Shown in pieces: positions 16,898-26,704 of a stretch of 64,000 nucleotides of DNA (its first letter is position 1; each line of letters starts with the position of its first letter). The notes under the pieces are model-generated. The model was not told where the DNA came from. It searched no databases and was given only the letters and a program-made list of their open reading frames with translations. Source of the stretch: a virus; the IMG/VR virus record IMGVR_UViG_3300032285_004186; one strand, 5' to 3'. The translations under genes and the position numbers were made by a program.

Positions 16898-17488
16898 ATG
16901 ACTCGAAAAATTCTACAACGAGAAGTGGTGTTGGTACTTAATAAAAGCTGGCAAGCTATCAATGTTAAAACTCCTTTAGATGCTCTTTCTATGATGTTTT
17001 GTGATGCGGCCACAGGACTTTATATAGAAGGCGAAGATAGTATGACTCCTTTAAAATGGGATGAATGGGTCAAAGTGCCTTATAATGAAAATGAAGAATA
17101 TGTTAATACTCCAAGAGGACGTATTTTGATACCCAAAATTATTGTATTGGCAAAATTTAATGAAGTTCCGCGCAAGAGGCCTAAGTTTACTACTAAAAAT
17201 CTTTGGGACAGAGATGAAGGAAGGTGTCAATATACCGGTCGCAAATTGACTCCAAATGAAGGCAACATAGATCATATAGTTCCCAAATCAAGAGGAGGTA
17301 AAACAGATTGGTCTAATTGTGTGTTGGCTCACAAAGATGTTAATGCTCGTAAGGCGGATAGAACTCCTTCAGAAGCCGGATTACATTTAATTAGACCGGT
17401 TCGAGTGCCTAAATCAATGCCTACTACTTGTTATATTCGTAATTGTTACAACATAAAAGAATGGAGTCCTTTCTTAATCAACGAATAA
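16898..17488 (+). CDS. HNH endonuclease (McrA-like)
   Basis: VLVLNKSWQAI, RDEGRCQYTG, NIDHIVPKSRGGKTDWSNCVLAHKDVNARKADRTP. Confidence 0.9.
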   Translation: MTRKILQREVVLVLNKSWQAINVKTPLDALSMMFCDAATGLYIEGEDSMTPLKWDEWVKVPYNENEEYVNTPRGRILIPKIIVLAKFNEVPRKRPKFTTKNLWDRDEGRCQYTGRKLTPNEGNIDHIVPKSRGGKTDWSNCVLAHKDVNARKADRTPSEAGLHLIRPVRVPKSMPTTCYIRNCYNIKEWSPFLINE

Positions 17489-17898
17489 ATTGGGAAGAGT
17501 ATGCTCTTCGCATAGCAGAAGTGGCTTCTATGCGAAGTGAAGATCCTTATAAAAAGGTAGGTGCTTGTGCCTTGGATGCTAATAATAGAGTTATAGGAGT
17601 AGCATATAACGGATTGGCTTCCGGAGTAAATGTAGACAATTCTTTTTGGTCTTCTAGAGACGAAAGAAGAAGATATATGATTCACGCGGAAGCTAATTTA
17701 TTGTCTTTATTTGAAAGGAATAAATGTAATCTTCTAGCATGTACTTTGCTTCCTTGCCAAAGTTGTGCTACGTTAATAGCTGCTCATGGAATTAAAAAAG
17801 TAGTTTATAAAGAACTTTATAACAGAGATCAATCTGCTTTAGATATTTTTAAATTTTACAACATTGAATGTGTAAATATAACATATGAGCAAATTTGA
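17461..17898 (+). CDS. dCMP deaminase
   Basis: RSEDPYKKVGAC, AYNGL, HAEANL, PCQSCA. ATG 17461 is preferred over TTG 17443. Confidence 0.9.
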   Translation: MESFLNQRINWEEYALRIAEVASMRSEDPYKKVGACALDANNRVIGVAYNGLASGVNVDNSFWSSRDERRRYMIHAEANLLSLFERNKCNLLACTLLPCQSCATLIAAHGIKKVVYKELYNRDQSALDIFKFYNIECVNITYEQI

Positions 17899-18076
17899 CA
17901 CATACGTAAGTTCTATTTTAGAAGCGGCTAAACAAAAAATTCCTAAAGATAAAAAATCTAGAGACTACCTGGCTCATAGAGATGAAATCATTGCTAAAAG
18001 TGAATTCAAAAGAGGTGATAAGAAAAAAGGTGCAGATTTCCTAGCAGCAGCTAAGAGACTAAAAGGAGAAAAGTAA
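17885..18076 (+). CDS. Small basic protein, putative head-internal protein
   Basis: N-terminal MSKFDTYVSSILEAA. Confidence 0.6.
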   Translation: MSKFDTYVSSILEAAKQKIPKDKKSRDYLAHRDEIIAKSEFKRGDKKKGADFLAAAKRLKGEK

Positions 18077-18089
18077 AATAAGTAGTGGA

Positions 18090-18533
18090 ATGATAACTTC
18101 CACTACTTCTGAAAAATTTGGTAGATGGGCAGAGGCTTTTGCCCGTTTTTTTGGTACGCCTACCTTTATTATAGGTCAAACCATAATTGTGTTTATATGG
18201 ATAGGTATTAACTGTTTTGCTTTTACCACTTTTGATCCTTATCCTTATATTCTTTTAAATTTAGCCTTCAGTACTCAAGCAGCTTATGCTGCTCCTTTAA
18301 TACTATTGGCTCAAAGTAGACAATCTGACAGAGATAAATTATGGTCTGATGCAGATGCTAAGCATCGCGAAGAAGTTAGCCAATCTCTTTTAAGACGACA
18401 AAAAACAGCTGCAGAGACTAATAAAAAATTAATCTCTCATATGGAAGAACAATCTATTCAGAATGCTCTTCTTTTAGAATTAATTCAGCGAGTGGAAGAT
18501 TTAGCAGCTGAAATACACTCTAAATTGCATTAG
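18090..18533 (+). CDS. DUF1003-like membrane protein
   Basis: FARFFGTPTFII, FDPYPYILLNLAFSTQAAYAAPLILLAQSRQ. Confidence 0.85.
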   Translation: MITSTTSEKFGRWAEAFARFFGTPTFIIGQTIIVFIWIGINCFAFTTFDPYPYILLNLAFSTQAAYAAPLILLAQSRQSDRDKLWSDADAKHREEVSQSLLRRQKTAAETNKKLISHMEEQSIQNALLLELIQRVEDLAAEIHSKLH

Positions 18534-19591
18534 AGTTCTATTCCTTCAAATTGTGTTAAATCAACTTGTGTGTCTCTGGCTCCGATTTTATACGAGGAGA
18601 TCTCTGTTTCTTGAGGAGCAACTTGGACTTTATCTGAATTCATAAACTGATCATACCAAGTACCAAGAGGATTCTTTTTGATTTCAAAAATCTTTTTATA
18701 ACCAAGAGATGCCAGTCGGTTGTTAGCCAACCACTCTACATAACCTTTTAGAATATCAGCATTGAGACCGAGTAAACTGCCTTTGGAAAACAGATAATCT
18801 GCCCATTCTTTTTCAAATTTTACGGCCATTTCATATGCACTATAAACCTTTTCCTCACTAGCTTTAACTATATGTTGAAAGCCTTCATCTTCATTGTCCC
18901 TAAGATAATCTAAAACATTTTTAGAAACCGCTACATGAAGATTTTCATCCCTTGCAATAAGTTTAATAATTTTACCATTACCCTCCATTTTACCTCGTGC
19001 GGCAAAAAAGAAGCTGCATACAAATGAAGTATAAAAAGAAAGTCCTTCTGTAATTTGTGTAGCCAATAACGCATCAAAAATTTTTTGTTTAACGTCACCC
19101 TCTAAATTAAAAAATTTATCATATTCATTTTTTGTTTCATTGGCTCTTCGTGTTACCTCTGAATCTGATAGAATAGAATCCCAAAAAACAGATTCATTTG
19201 GATATACATTCTTGAGAATGTGTGAATAAGACCTGGAGTGAATGTTGGATTCGAAAAAGGACCATACTTGGATGCATGCTTCTAGTTCGGGATTAGAAAC
19301 ATATTGTCCTAAAGTATTCAAACTGCGAGACAACATAGAGTCTGTAGCGGTTTGCCACTTAAGGTTTGTATCAAATACAAACCTTTCTGCTTCAGAAAGA
19401 TCGTGATAGTCATTTCTATCTTTCATCAAACTGACTTCCTTGGCTCTCCAAAAATATTCCTCCATCTGTTCTGCTAGATCATATAACTTCGGATATTTAA
19501 GCTGATCATAACGCTGGAGGGCTAGGGGTTGTCCTAAAAATAAAGGTTGGTTTCTTGTGTCAATATTTTGAGTTGAGAGTACGGTTTTCAT
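18530..19591 (-). CDS. nrdB: Ribonucleotide reductase class Ia beta subunit
   Basis: FWRAKEVSL, QTATDS, FFESNIHSRSY, EGLSFYTSF, IARDENLH, QVAPQETEISSY. Confidence 0.95.
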   Translation of the reverse strand: MKTVLSTQNIDTRNQPLFLGQPLALQRYDQLKYPKLYDLAEQMEEYFWRAKEVSLMKDRNDYHDLSEAERFVFDTNLKWQTATDSMLSRSLNTLGQYVSNPELEACIQVWSFFESNIHSRSYSHILKNVYPNESVFWDSILSDSEVTRRANETKNEYDKFFNLEGDVKQKIFDALLATQITEGLSFYTSFVCSFFFAARGKMEGNGKIIKLIARDENLHVAVSKNVLDYLRDNEDEGFQHIVKASEEKVYSAYEMAVKFEKEWADYLFSKGSLLGLNADILKGYVEWLANNRLASLGYKKIFEIKKNPLGTWYDQFMNSDKVQVAPQETEISSYKIGARDTQVDLTQFEGIEL

Positions 19592-19596
19592 AAAAG

Positions 19597-21858
19597 TTAT
19601 ATAGCACAGGCGCCACTAGCACATCCAACCTCTTCAGTTGCAGATTGTTTGTCGCCGTCATATGTGTTGCTATAGTATAATGTTTTCACACCCATGCTAT
19701 AAGCATACATAATCTCTTTAATGATTTTTACATCTGGCAAAGCTTTATTTGGATAGTGGTCGTAATTATAATAAATGTTGGCAGAAATAGACATATCTAC
19801 CCATTTTTGAAGAGCGGCTACGATATTAATATATCCTATATTATCTTGCATATCAAATTGTAATGTATACTTATTTTTACAAGTGGTGTAATTGGGTACT
19901 AAAACTGGAACTGAATTTGCTTTAGAACCCTTGTAGGTTAACAAGGAACGAGGAGGTTCTATGCCGTTAGTAGTATTCTGGATTACTGAACTTGATTCAC
20001 ATGGCATCAATGCTGTAAGTGTAGAATGTCTCATGCCGGAAGCGACTACTCTAGTTCTTAATGCCTCCCAATCTAGGGACGGTTTACGAGTAACCACAGA
20101 ATCTACCTTCTTTTTATAGGTATCTATAGGCAAGATTCCTTGGCTGTATTTAGTAGTGTTGAATTTTTCACAAGGACCCTTTTCAATAGATAAATCCACT
20201 GATGCAGAAATTAGATAGTATTGGACCTTTTCCATTAACTCGTCTACAAAATTGGGGGCTTCTGTATCTGTATATTTGAGATTATTCTTTGCTAATAAAG
20301 CTGCTAGATTGGTAATCCCCACTCCAAGACTTCTACGTTTCTTGGTAAAGTTTTCTGCTGCCTTGGTGAAGTATTCCTGATAATCTATTAGTTCATCTAA
20401 CATACGCACAATAACATCACACGTATCTTGCAGATCTTGATCATCTTTAACCTCCAATACATTGATAGCAGATAATACACAAATACCAATTTCTCCATCA
20501 GGATCATCAATATGTTGAATTGGCTTTGTGGGATGTGTAACTTCAACACAAAGATTGGTCATTGCTACTCTATCCAAAAATGAACCGTGTTCATTACAAT
20601 GATCGATGTTCATTACATATATTCGTCCGGTTTCTGTTCTTTCTTTTGCAAAAAGAGACATAAAATCAATAGCTTTAAGTTTTCTCTTGTATCTTATAGA
20701 CTTGTCTGCTTCATACTTCAAATAAAGTTCATCAAAATGAGGAAGTCCAAATGCTTCCATCAAATCTGGTACTTCATGAGGAGAAAATAATGTAAGTGTT
20801 TCATTTTTTTGAAGTCGTTCATAGAACAATCTAGAAAATTGAATAACGTAATCCACCTTTCGAACCCGATTATCTTCCGTACCACCATTATTCTTCAATA
20901 CAATAACATCTTCAATTTCATAATGCCAGAACGGAAAATTGACTGTAGCTCCTCCGCCACGAATGCCGTTTTGTTGACAACTTTTGACAGTAGCTTCAAA
21001 TACCTTAAGAAACGGGATAATGCCTGTGTGGATAACACTGCCGCCTTTAATTTCCGTGCCAATACCGCGTATGCGACCAAAATTTAATCCAATTCCGTAT
21101 CGTTGAGTAGTAGCAAAGCCAGCAGCAGTATTGGAGCTAAAAATAGACTCCTTAGTATCATCCACATCGATGAGACAGCATGACGCATATTGTTTAAGAA
21201 GACCTCGAATGCCGGCCATTTGAGGCGTGGGTAGATTAATTTTAAATTTACTAAATCGATCATAGGCTCTTTTAACATATTGAAGACGGGTTGATGCTGG
21301 ATAGTTAATATAACTTACCATCGCGGCTAACATATATGCAAATTGAGGTGTTTCAAATATTTCTTTTGATTTTCGATTTTGTATCAAATATTTGTCACAT
21401 AGTTGTTTTAAACCAGAATATGTAAAGTCATAATCTCTGTTATGTATAATTTTGTCGTCCAATTTATCTATTTCTGCTTTAGAATAATATTTTAAAATTT
21501 CTTCATGATAGACTTTTCTATCTGTGTTTAACACTATGAAATCATAAAGTCTTGGAGGATTCTTTCCTCCCCATACATCCTTGCGCAATTGATAATTTAA
21601 TAGTCTGGAAGCAACCCATTGATAGTTTGGATTTTCTTCATTGAATAAATTTATAGAAGATTCAATCAACACTTTATGTATTTCTTTAGTAGAAATGCCT
21701 TCTACTAAATTGAGCTTTGTGTTAATTTCTATATCAGAAACACAAACCCCAGTTATATCTTTAACAGCCCATTTGATTACTTTATTAATATTTTCTACAT
21801 TAAAAGGAACCAAGGTTCCATCCCTTTTTTTGACATTAAGGATTTTGTTTTCACTCAT
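19597..21858 (-). CDS. nrdA: Ribonucleotide reductase class Ia alpha subunit with ATP cone
   Basis: VKKRDG, ETPQF, YASCCLID, QNGIRGG, TNLCVEV, MPCESSS, KTLYY, C-terminal CASGAC. Confidence 0.96.
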   Translation of the reverse strand: MSENKILNVKKRDGTLVPFNVENINKVIKWAVKDITGVCVSDIEINTKLNLVEGISTKEIHKVLIESSINLFNEENPNYQWVASRLLNYQLRKDVWGGKNPPRLYDFIVLNTDRKVYHEEILKYYSKAEIDKLDDKIIHNRDYDFTYSGLKQLCDKYLIQNRKSKEIFETPQFAYMLAAMVSYINYPASTRLQYVKRAYDRFSKFKINLPTPQMAGIRGLLKQYASCCLIDVDDTKESIFSSNTAAGFATTQRYGIGLNFGRIRGIGTEIKGGSVIHTGIIPFLKVFEATVKSCQQNGIRGGGATVNFPFWHYEIEDVIVLKNNGGTEDNRVRKVDYVIQFSRLFYERLQKNETLTLFSPHEVPDLMEAFGLPHFDELYLKYEADKSIRYKRKLKAIDFMSLFAKERTETGRIYVMNIDHCNEHGSFLDRVAMTNLCVEVTHPTKPIQHIDDPDGEIGICVLSAINVLEVKDDQDLQDTCDVIVRMLDELIDYQEYFTKAAENFTKKRRSLGVGITNLAALLAKNNLKYTDTEAPNFVDELMEKVQYYLISASVDLSIEKGPCEKFNTTKYSQGILPIDTYKKKVDSVVTRKPSLDWEALRTRVVASGMRHSTLTALMPCESSSVIQNTTNGIEPPRSLLTYKGSKANSVPVLVPNYTTCKNKYTLQFDMQDNIGYINIVAALQKWVDMSISANIYYNYDHYPNKALPDVKIIKEIMYAYSMGVKTLYYSNTYDGDKQSATEEVGCASGACAI

Positions 21859-21900
21859 AAAAATTTAGTTTGTGCTTTATTTAGACCAATATTTGTCCAA

Positions 21901-22269
21901 TTACTTCTTCTTTCTTTTTTTTGATTTAGAAGAGTTTTGAAGTATAAGTTTTTGTATTTCATTTTTATATATTTTGTTAGCTAAGTGTTTTAAAAAAATA
22001 GCTATTTCTGCCGGTGTACAAACATTTATGACCCGGGATTCTGCATATCTTACTTCTGATTCTGTCCATTTTGGGTACATAAAATGAAATATTTCATGAA
22101 AAGCAGTTGGAATTATGTCTCTTCTATAATCTAATTCTATATCCGTATAATAACAAAGCCCCACAGTTCCGTGCATTTTTCTTAAATTAAAAAATTCTGG
22201 AGGCTTTTTTTTAACCAATTTTAGAGTTTGTTCGTACAACTCTTTGACCTGTATTACAGACAATTTCAT
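21901..22269 (-). CDS. Small zincin-like (HExxH) protein
   Basis: IELDYRRDIIPTAFHEIFHFMYPKWTESEV. Confidence 0.55.
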   Translation of the reverse strand: MKLSVIQVKELYEQTLKLVKKKPPEFFNLRKMHGTVGLCYYTDIELDYRRDIIPTAFHEIFHFMYPKWTESEVRYAESRVINVCTPAEIAIFLKHLANKIYKNEIQKLILQNSSKSKKRKKK

Positions 22270-22278
22270 CTGTAATAC

Positions 22279-22611
22279 TTATTTCTTTTTCTTTTTAGAA
22301 TTTGCTTCTTTTGTTTTTTTTGTTTGAGCTGCTTGTTTAATGGCTTGTTTGAATTTTTGTTCTGCTTGTTCTAAAGAATTACAAGTCCATCCCATGTTCC
22401 CCCACTGAGAGGTGCTTGGATACAATTCTCCCGGCTCTATATAATTTCCGTCTATAGTAATACCGTTATGTGTGGTAATGATAACTACTTCATAATGAAA
22501 ATGTTTAGAGGTTTCAACAAATTGTCTTTTATAGATAGCTACATTGTCTTCTCTTTTAAGAAGATGATGTTTAAAACCTTTTTTAATAAATTTTTCAGGC
22601 AGTTGTTTCAT
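22279..22611 (-). CDS. Hypothetical protein
   Basis: 110-aa ORF with its own sigma70-like promoter. Confidence 0.7.
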   Translation of the reverse strand: MKQLPEKFIKKGFKHHLLKREDNVAIYKRQFVETSKHFHYEVVIITTHNGITIDGNYIEPGELYPSTSQWGNMGWTCNSLEQAEQKFKQAIKQAAQTKKTKEANSKKKKK

Positions 22612-22617
22612 TATTAT

Positions 22618-22664
22618 ATTATCTATGGTTTAATGTTTGAAATCAAGAAAAATTAGTATATATT
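22618..22664. promoter_or_regulatory. Overlapping divergent sigma70-like promoters
   Basis: Plus strand: TTGAAA(22637)-16 nt-TATATT, 6 nt to ATG 22671. Minus strand: TTGATT(22646)-17 nt-GATAAT, 6 nt to ATG 22611. Confidence 0.55.
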
Positions 22665-22670
22665 AAAATC

Positions 22671-23474
22671 ATGAAGTTTCAAGATTTGGTTTTTTTGGAA
22701 AGAGGTTTTGAAGGTGTTATCTTCTCTGAGAAAGACCATTCTTACAAAATAAACGGTGAAGATGCTAAAACATCGGTAACACAGCTTATTAAAAAATATG
22801 AAACACCGTTTGACGGCAAAAAAATGGCAAAAATAGTTGCAGCCAAACAAGGTGTTTTGGAATCTGATATTTTGCATTTGTGGGATTTTAAAAGAGATTA
22901 TGCTTGCCTTAAAGGCACTCTCTTTCATGTATATGTTGAAAATTTTTTACAAAAAAAGAGAGCACCACTTAATAAAGTAGAGATAGAAAATTTTGTAAAG
23001 AATCATTATGAGTATATTACCCAAGATGAACTATATGCAGATGTGGCTCAGTATGTTTCTAATTTTCAAGATTTTTATGAATGGTGGAAAGAAGATCACA
23101 TTCTAATCAGACCAGAATTGGTAATAGGAGATCCATCTACTAGGGTTTGTGGCTGTGTGGATAATTTATCATTGAATCATAAAAACGGAGAACTGGTTAT
23201 ATTTGATTACAAAAGTAATAAAGAAATTAAACAAAAAGCTAGAGAAAATTTGAAGGGAATATTGTCTCATTTAGAAGCCAGTACAATTGTAAAATATTCT
23301 TTGCAGATGGCTTTGTATTCAGAAATTATAGAAAGAAACACAGACTTTAAAATTTCTTCTAACAAAATTGTTTGGGTTGGTGGAAATTCTTTTGAACTGA
23401 TTGATTGCATAGAACTAAGGAAAGAAGCAAGGGCTATACTAAGTGCCTTTGAAATAGAAAAACAAGTTGATTAA
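22671..23474 (+). CDS. PD-(D/E)XK exonuclease (RecB/Cas4-like family)
   Basis: FSEKDHSY, TSVTQLI, GTLFH, PELVI, CGCVDNL, VIFDYKSN, YSLQMALY. Confidence 0.85.
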   Translation: MKFQDLVFLERGFEGVIFSEKDHSYKINGEDAKTSVTQLIKKYETPFDGKKMAKIVAAKQGVLESDILHLWDFKRDYACLKGTLFHVYVENFLQKKRAPLNKVEIENFVKNHYEYITQDELYADVAQYVSNFQDFYEWWKEDHILIRPELVIGDPSTRVCGCVDNLSLNHKNGELVIFDYKSNKEIKQKARENLKGILSHLEASTIVKYSLQMALYSEIIERNTDFKISSNKIVWVGGNSFELIDCIELRKEARAILSAFEIEKQVD

Positions 23475-23495
23475 AAGTGATAATTTGTTTAAAAT
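23467..23495 (+). promoter_or_regulatory. Sigma70-like promoter
   Basis: TTGATT-17 nt-TAAAAT, 6 nt before ATG 23502. Confidence 0.6.
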
Positions 23496-23501
23496 TAATT
23501 T

Positions 23502-23894
23502 ATGAAATTTAAATACACCAATTCCAACCAAGAAGAAGCTTATTTTGAAGCCATTCCTTTGACATCAGAACTTTATACAGAACTATTAGAAATAGATACA
23601 GAATTTCTTCAAAATATAGTAGATGGTAAGGAAGTATTTTTTTCTGATGAAAGTTATAAAGAAGCTGCTAAAAATATGCTCATTTCATTTGGAAAGGGAA
23701 AAGAAAGTGTTGTTTCAACATCTAAAGATAATGAAATTTTATTTGTTAAAGAAAAGACTATTATAAAAGAAGGGACTAAAATTAAAACAACAAATCCAAC
23801 TCCTAAAAAAAATATTAGATCAAAAATGATTACCAATAATATTAGAGCTTTTAAAAAAGAAAAAATGCAATTAAACTTTGAATTGGCCCAGTAA
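23502..23894 (+). CDS. Hypothetical protein
   Basis: 130-aa ORF. Confidence 0.65.
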   Translation: MKFKYTNSNQEEAYFEAIPLTSELYTELLEIDTEFLQNIVDGKEVFFSDESYKEAAKNMLISFGKGKESVVSTSKDNEILFVKEKTIIKEGTKIKTTNPTPKKNIRSKMITNNIRAFKKEKMQLNFELAQ

Positions 23895-23917
23895 AAAGGT
23901 AAATATTGTTACAACAT

Positions 23918-24817
23918 ATGTCATTGCTCAACGCTTACAACCAAATTTTAAATGAAGGTAAAGATAGTCAAGAAGTTAAATCCAACTTAAAACCTGGACA
24001 AGATCTTGCTGCTGGATTCAAAGCCACTAAACAAGAAGGTGCTAAAGTAGATTCTCCTAAGGAAGATAAAGAACATTCTGTTGACGGAAAAAATAACGGA
24101 GAAGCTAAAAAAATGGGTCTTAAAAAAGAATCTATTAATCCCTTCGATGCTCTTTATAATAAAATTTTAGCACAAGAAAATTGGGAAGCAGAAGAGGAAG
24201 CAAATGAACAACCAAATTTTGGTTCACCGACAGGACACGATTCTTTTGAATTCAGTGGAGACCATTCTACAGGAGAAGGAGAAGTTGACTTAGGAGAAGG
24301 TGAAGAACACCCGATGCATGAAGTTCTTTCTGCTTTAAGAGCTGCTGTTGAGGCTTTGGAAAAAGTTGTTGGTCATGAAGATGAGGAAAGTGAAGAAGAG
24401 GAAGAGGAAGAGCATGAAGAAGGAGAAGAAGATGAAGATGAAGAAGAAGGAGAAGAAGAAGGTGAAGAACATGAAATGCCAGAAAACTTTAAAGAATCTA
24501 CAGAAGATGAAGATTCAAACGAAGATGAAGATGAAGACAACAAAAAAATGTCAAAAAAGGAAGTTGATGAAGAAGTTGATGCAGAAGTGTATGGACATGC
24601 TTTAGTTGATTTAGAAAAATTGGCAGCTGGTCTCACAAGTCCTAAGAATCAAGTAGTTAAAGGAGCGGTGCCGGTTAAGAAAGGATCTGCTCAAGTTCCT
24701 AAAGGTGGTAAAACAAATGCCAAGCCCACAGAATTAAAAGGCAAGGGTGAAAGTTTACAAGCCAAGAAAAATGATACCGGTTATGTCAAAAAAGACAAAA
24801 ACTGGTATGATCAGTAA
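23918..24817 (+). CDS. Very acidic protein, putative prohead core/scaffold-type
   Basis: MSLLNAYNQILNEG; Glu/Asp-rich tract; several L/I/F-x-E sites; TAAATA upstream; ends at a terminator. Confidence 0.55.
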   Translation: MSLLNAYNQILNEGKDSQEVKSNLKPGQDLAAGFKATKQEGAKVDSPKEDKEHSVDGKNNGEAKKMGLKKESINPFDALYNKILAQENWEAEEEANEQPNFGSPTGHDSFEFSGDHSTGEGEVDLGEGEEHPMHEVLSALRAAVEALEKVVGHEDEESEEEEEEEHEEGEEDEDEEEGEEEGEEHEMPENFKESTEDEDSNEDEDEDNKKMSKKEVDEEVDAEVYGHALVDLEKLAAGLTSPKNQVVKGAVPVKKGSAQVPKGGKTNAKPTELKGKGESLQAKKNDTGYVKKDKNWYDQ

Positions 24818-24836
24818 AAATTGTTAAGACTAAATT

Positions 24837-24866
24837 AAAAACTCCGCTTATGCGGAGTTTTTTTTT
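24837..24866 (+). terminator. Rho-independent terminator
   Basis: AAAAACTCCGC-TTAT-GCGGAGTTTTTTTTT. Confidence 0.88.
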
Positions 24867-24878
24867 CTAAATATATAC

Positions 24879-25289
24879 ATGGACGATAATTTTTATTCTT
24901 TCTATAAAAAAAGTTTAAGTTTACCATCTTCTTTTAAAAGGAGTCATGGCATAACTAAAAATACCAGAACCCATCATCAAAGCATAGATCGAATTACCAA
25001 AATAGGTCATCGTAAAAGTGGTAAACTTAATTTGGTAGCTGCTAGTGAAAATCAATCTTTAAAAAATCCAGTAGTTAATACTTTTGCTAATTCTAATAAA
25101 ACTTTTATCAAAGGATTAAAATGGCCAGTAGTAAAACCTATTTTAGATACCTATAAAATCCAACACGACCATGAATCTGATGAGGGTTATGATAAAGCAT
25201 TAAATCGCACAAAATGTAAATTGACTGGTGCTAAAATAATGATTAGATATATTCCACAAAATAAAACCTGGGTTTTATTTAAAAAATAA
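24879..25289 (+). CDS. Hypothetical basic protein
   Basis: 136 aa; TAAATA at 24868. Confidence 0.65.
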   Translation: MDDNFYSFYKKSLSLPSSFKRSHGITKNTRTHHQSIDRITKIGHRKSGKLNLVAASENQSLKNPVVNTFANSNKTFIKGLKWPVVKPILDTYKIQHDHESDEGYDKALNRTKCKLTGAKIMIRYIPQNKTWVLFKK

Positions 25290-25290
25290 T

Positions 25291-25920
25291 ATGGAAACTT
25301 TAAGATATCTTAATAAAACATTTAACCAAAATGAAAGACAAAATTTTTCAAATTGGTGGAAAGAGCAAATATCAATATACGGACAAGAAATTGTTTATTA
25401 TAGTAATCAAACCTCTTTATCCGGAAGCAATCCATTATATGGTGAGCAACCTGATGCTGGTTTTAGTGAAGGTCAAACCATGATAGTTTTAGGTTCCTTA
25501 AACGGAGATTCTGTATTACTCTCAAAATTTGGATTGGTTGCTGATGGAGAATGGACCGGCGTTATGCATAAGGATCTGTATACAAATGTATACGGATTGT
25601 CTTCAGAACCTAAAAGAGGAGATCTTATGGCTCTAACTGAATATGGTGTAGATAGAATTAACTATCCCAAAAGAGGAACTACCATTTATGAATTAACAGA
25701 TGTAGTAGATGAATTTAAAGGTAATCCTTTAATGGGTCATTATGTTTGGTTCTTTACAGGTAAACGTTATGACTTTAGTCAAGAACCCACTAGTCCGGGT
25801 TCTGGTATGGGTAATACTCCCTTAGATGATAATGATACTATTCAGGTTGCAGCTGAGGAAAACTTTAACTATATAGAAGATAACCCCAACAGCAACACTG
25901 ATGTATATGGTGATTATTAA
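25291..25920 (+). CDS. Neck protein (T4 gp14-like)
   Basis: EQISIYGQEIVYY, LYGEQP, LLSKFGL, EPKRGDL, HYVW...KRYDFS. Confidence 0.7.
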   Translation: METLRYLNKTFNQNERQNFSNWWKEQISIYGQEIVYYSNQTSLSGSNPLYGEQPDAGFSEGQTMIVLGSLNGDSVLLSKFGLVADGEWTGVMHKDLYTNVYGLSSEPKRGDLMALTEYGVDRINYPKRGTTIYELTDVVDEFKGNPLMGHYVWFFTGKRYDFSQEPTSPGSGMGNTPLDDNDTIQVAAEENFNYIEDNPNSNTDVYGDY

Positions 25921-26255
25921 TATTCTAAAAGATCTATATCAATTTCTGGAAATAATTTTTTAATTTCAACAGAAGCATCTTCATTATAGCAAATATTAAT
26001 TTTATAATCTTCTTCTAAAATTTTGCGAAGATAAATGTCTTGTGTAGAATTCATATAGTCTCTTATCTCTAATGGTTTAAATTCTACTTCATTCATTGAA
26101 ATATTCTTTTCTTCTGCTTTATCTGCAATAAGATTAACTGCCTCGTAAAGAGCCATCCACTTGGCTAGAGTCAAAGATTTTTCTTGAGTTTCTCCCCACC
26201 AAGCTAAAGGATTTTGATAAATTTCTGGTTCAGGTTTTGGTGTTTTTGTTTTCAT
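25917..26255 (-). CDS. Hypothetical protein
   Basis: 112 aa; TAAGTA upstream. Confidence 0.65.
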   Translation of the reverse strand: MKTKTPKPEPEIYQNPLAWWGETQEKSLTLAKWMALYEAVNLIADKAEEKNISMNEVEFKPLEIRDYMNSTQDIYLRKILEEDYKINICYNEDASVEIKKLFPEIDIDLLEY

Positions 26256-26258
26256 ATA

Positions 26259-26693
26259 TTACTTAATAGTTGGACCTGAAATAGTTGGTGTAGGGATAAT
26301 TGGATCTGTAAATTCTGTAACTTTGGCTACTACAAAATTAATATTAACCACATTTTTAGATTCGCAATTTAGACAAACAAATTCAAATCGTTCATTTTGA
26401 TCTGGAATAAATGTACTGATATTAGAGGCTTTACAGGCTGCACATTCCAAAATGGTAGAAAGTGGTACCAATTTGTCTAGCTCTTTTTGGCGCGTTTGAT
26501 AAGCAAAGTAGCTATTAACTGTACCTGCAATTAAAGAAAATAAAATATACTGAATGGCTGTGGCTAAAATAAAAGCTGGCCAAAATGGTTTATTTGCTAA
26601 AAGAAATCCCAGACCAATAAGTCCGGAAAGTAAGCATACTGTACTAGTTGATTTTAAAAATTCAAAAGAATTTTTGTTTAAGTTTAATTTCAT
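26259..26693 (-). CDS. Membrane protein with a C-terminal zinc ribbon
   Basis: Two TM helices, then ECAACK...FVCLNCES. Confidence 0.65.
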   Translation of the reverse strand: MKLNLNKNSFEFLKSTSTVCLLSGLIGLGFLLANKPFWPAFILATAIQYILFSLIAGTVNSYFAYQTRQKELDKLVPLSTILECAACKASNISTFIPDQNERFEFVCLNCESKNVVNINFVVAKVTEFTDPIIPTPTISGPTIK

Positions 26694-26704
26694 TGAGTAG
26701 AATT

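Noticed and set aside
22671-23474. Cas4/CRISPR-associated system
   Set aside because: A solitary PD-(D/E)XK nuclease without the four-Cys Fe-S pattern, other cas genes or an array.
24348-24636. Lys/Met-rich and poly-Ser ORFs
   Set aside because: Frame shadows of the GAA-rich acidic tract.
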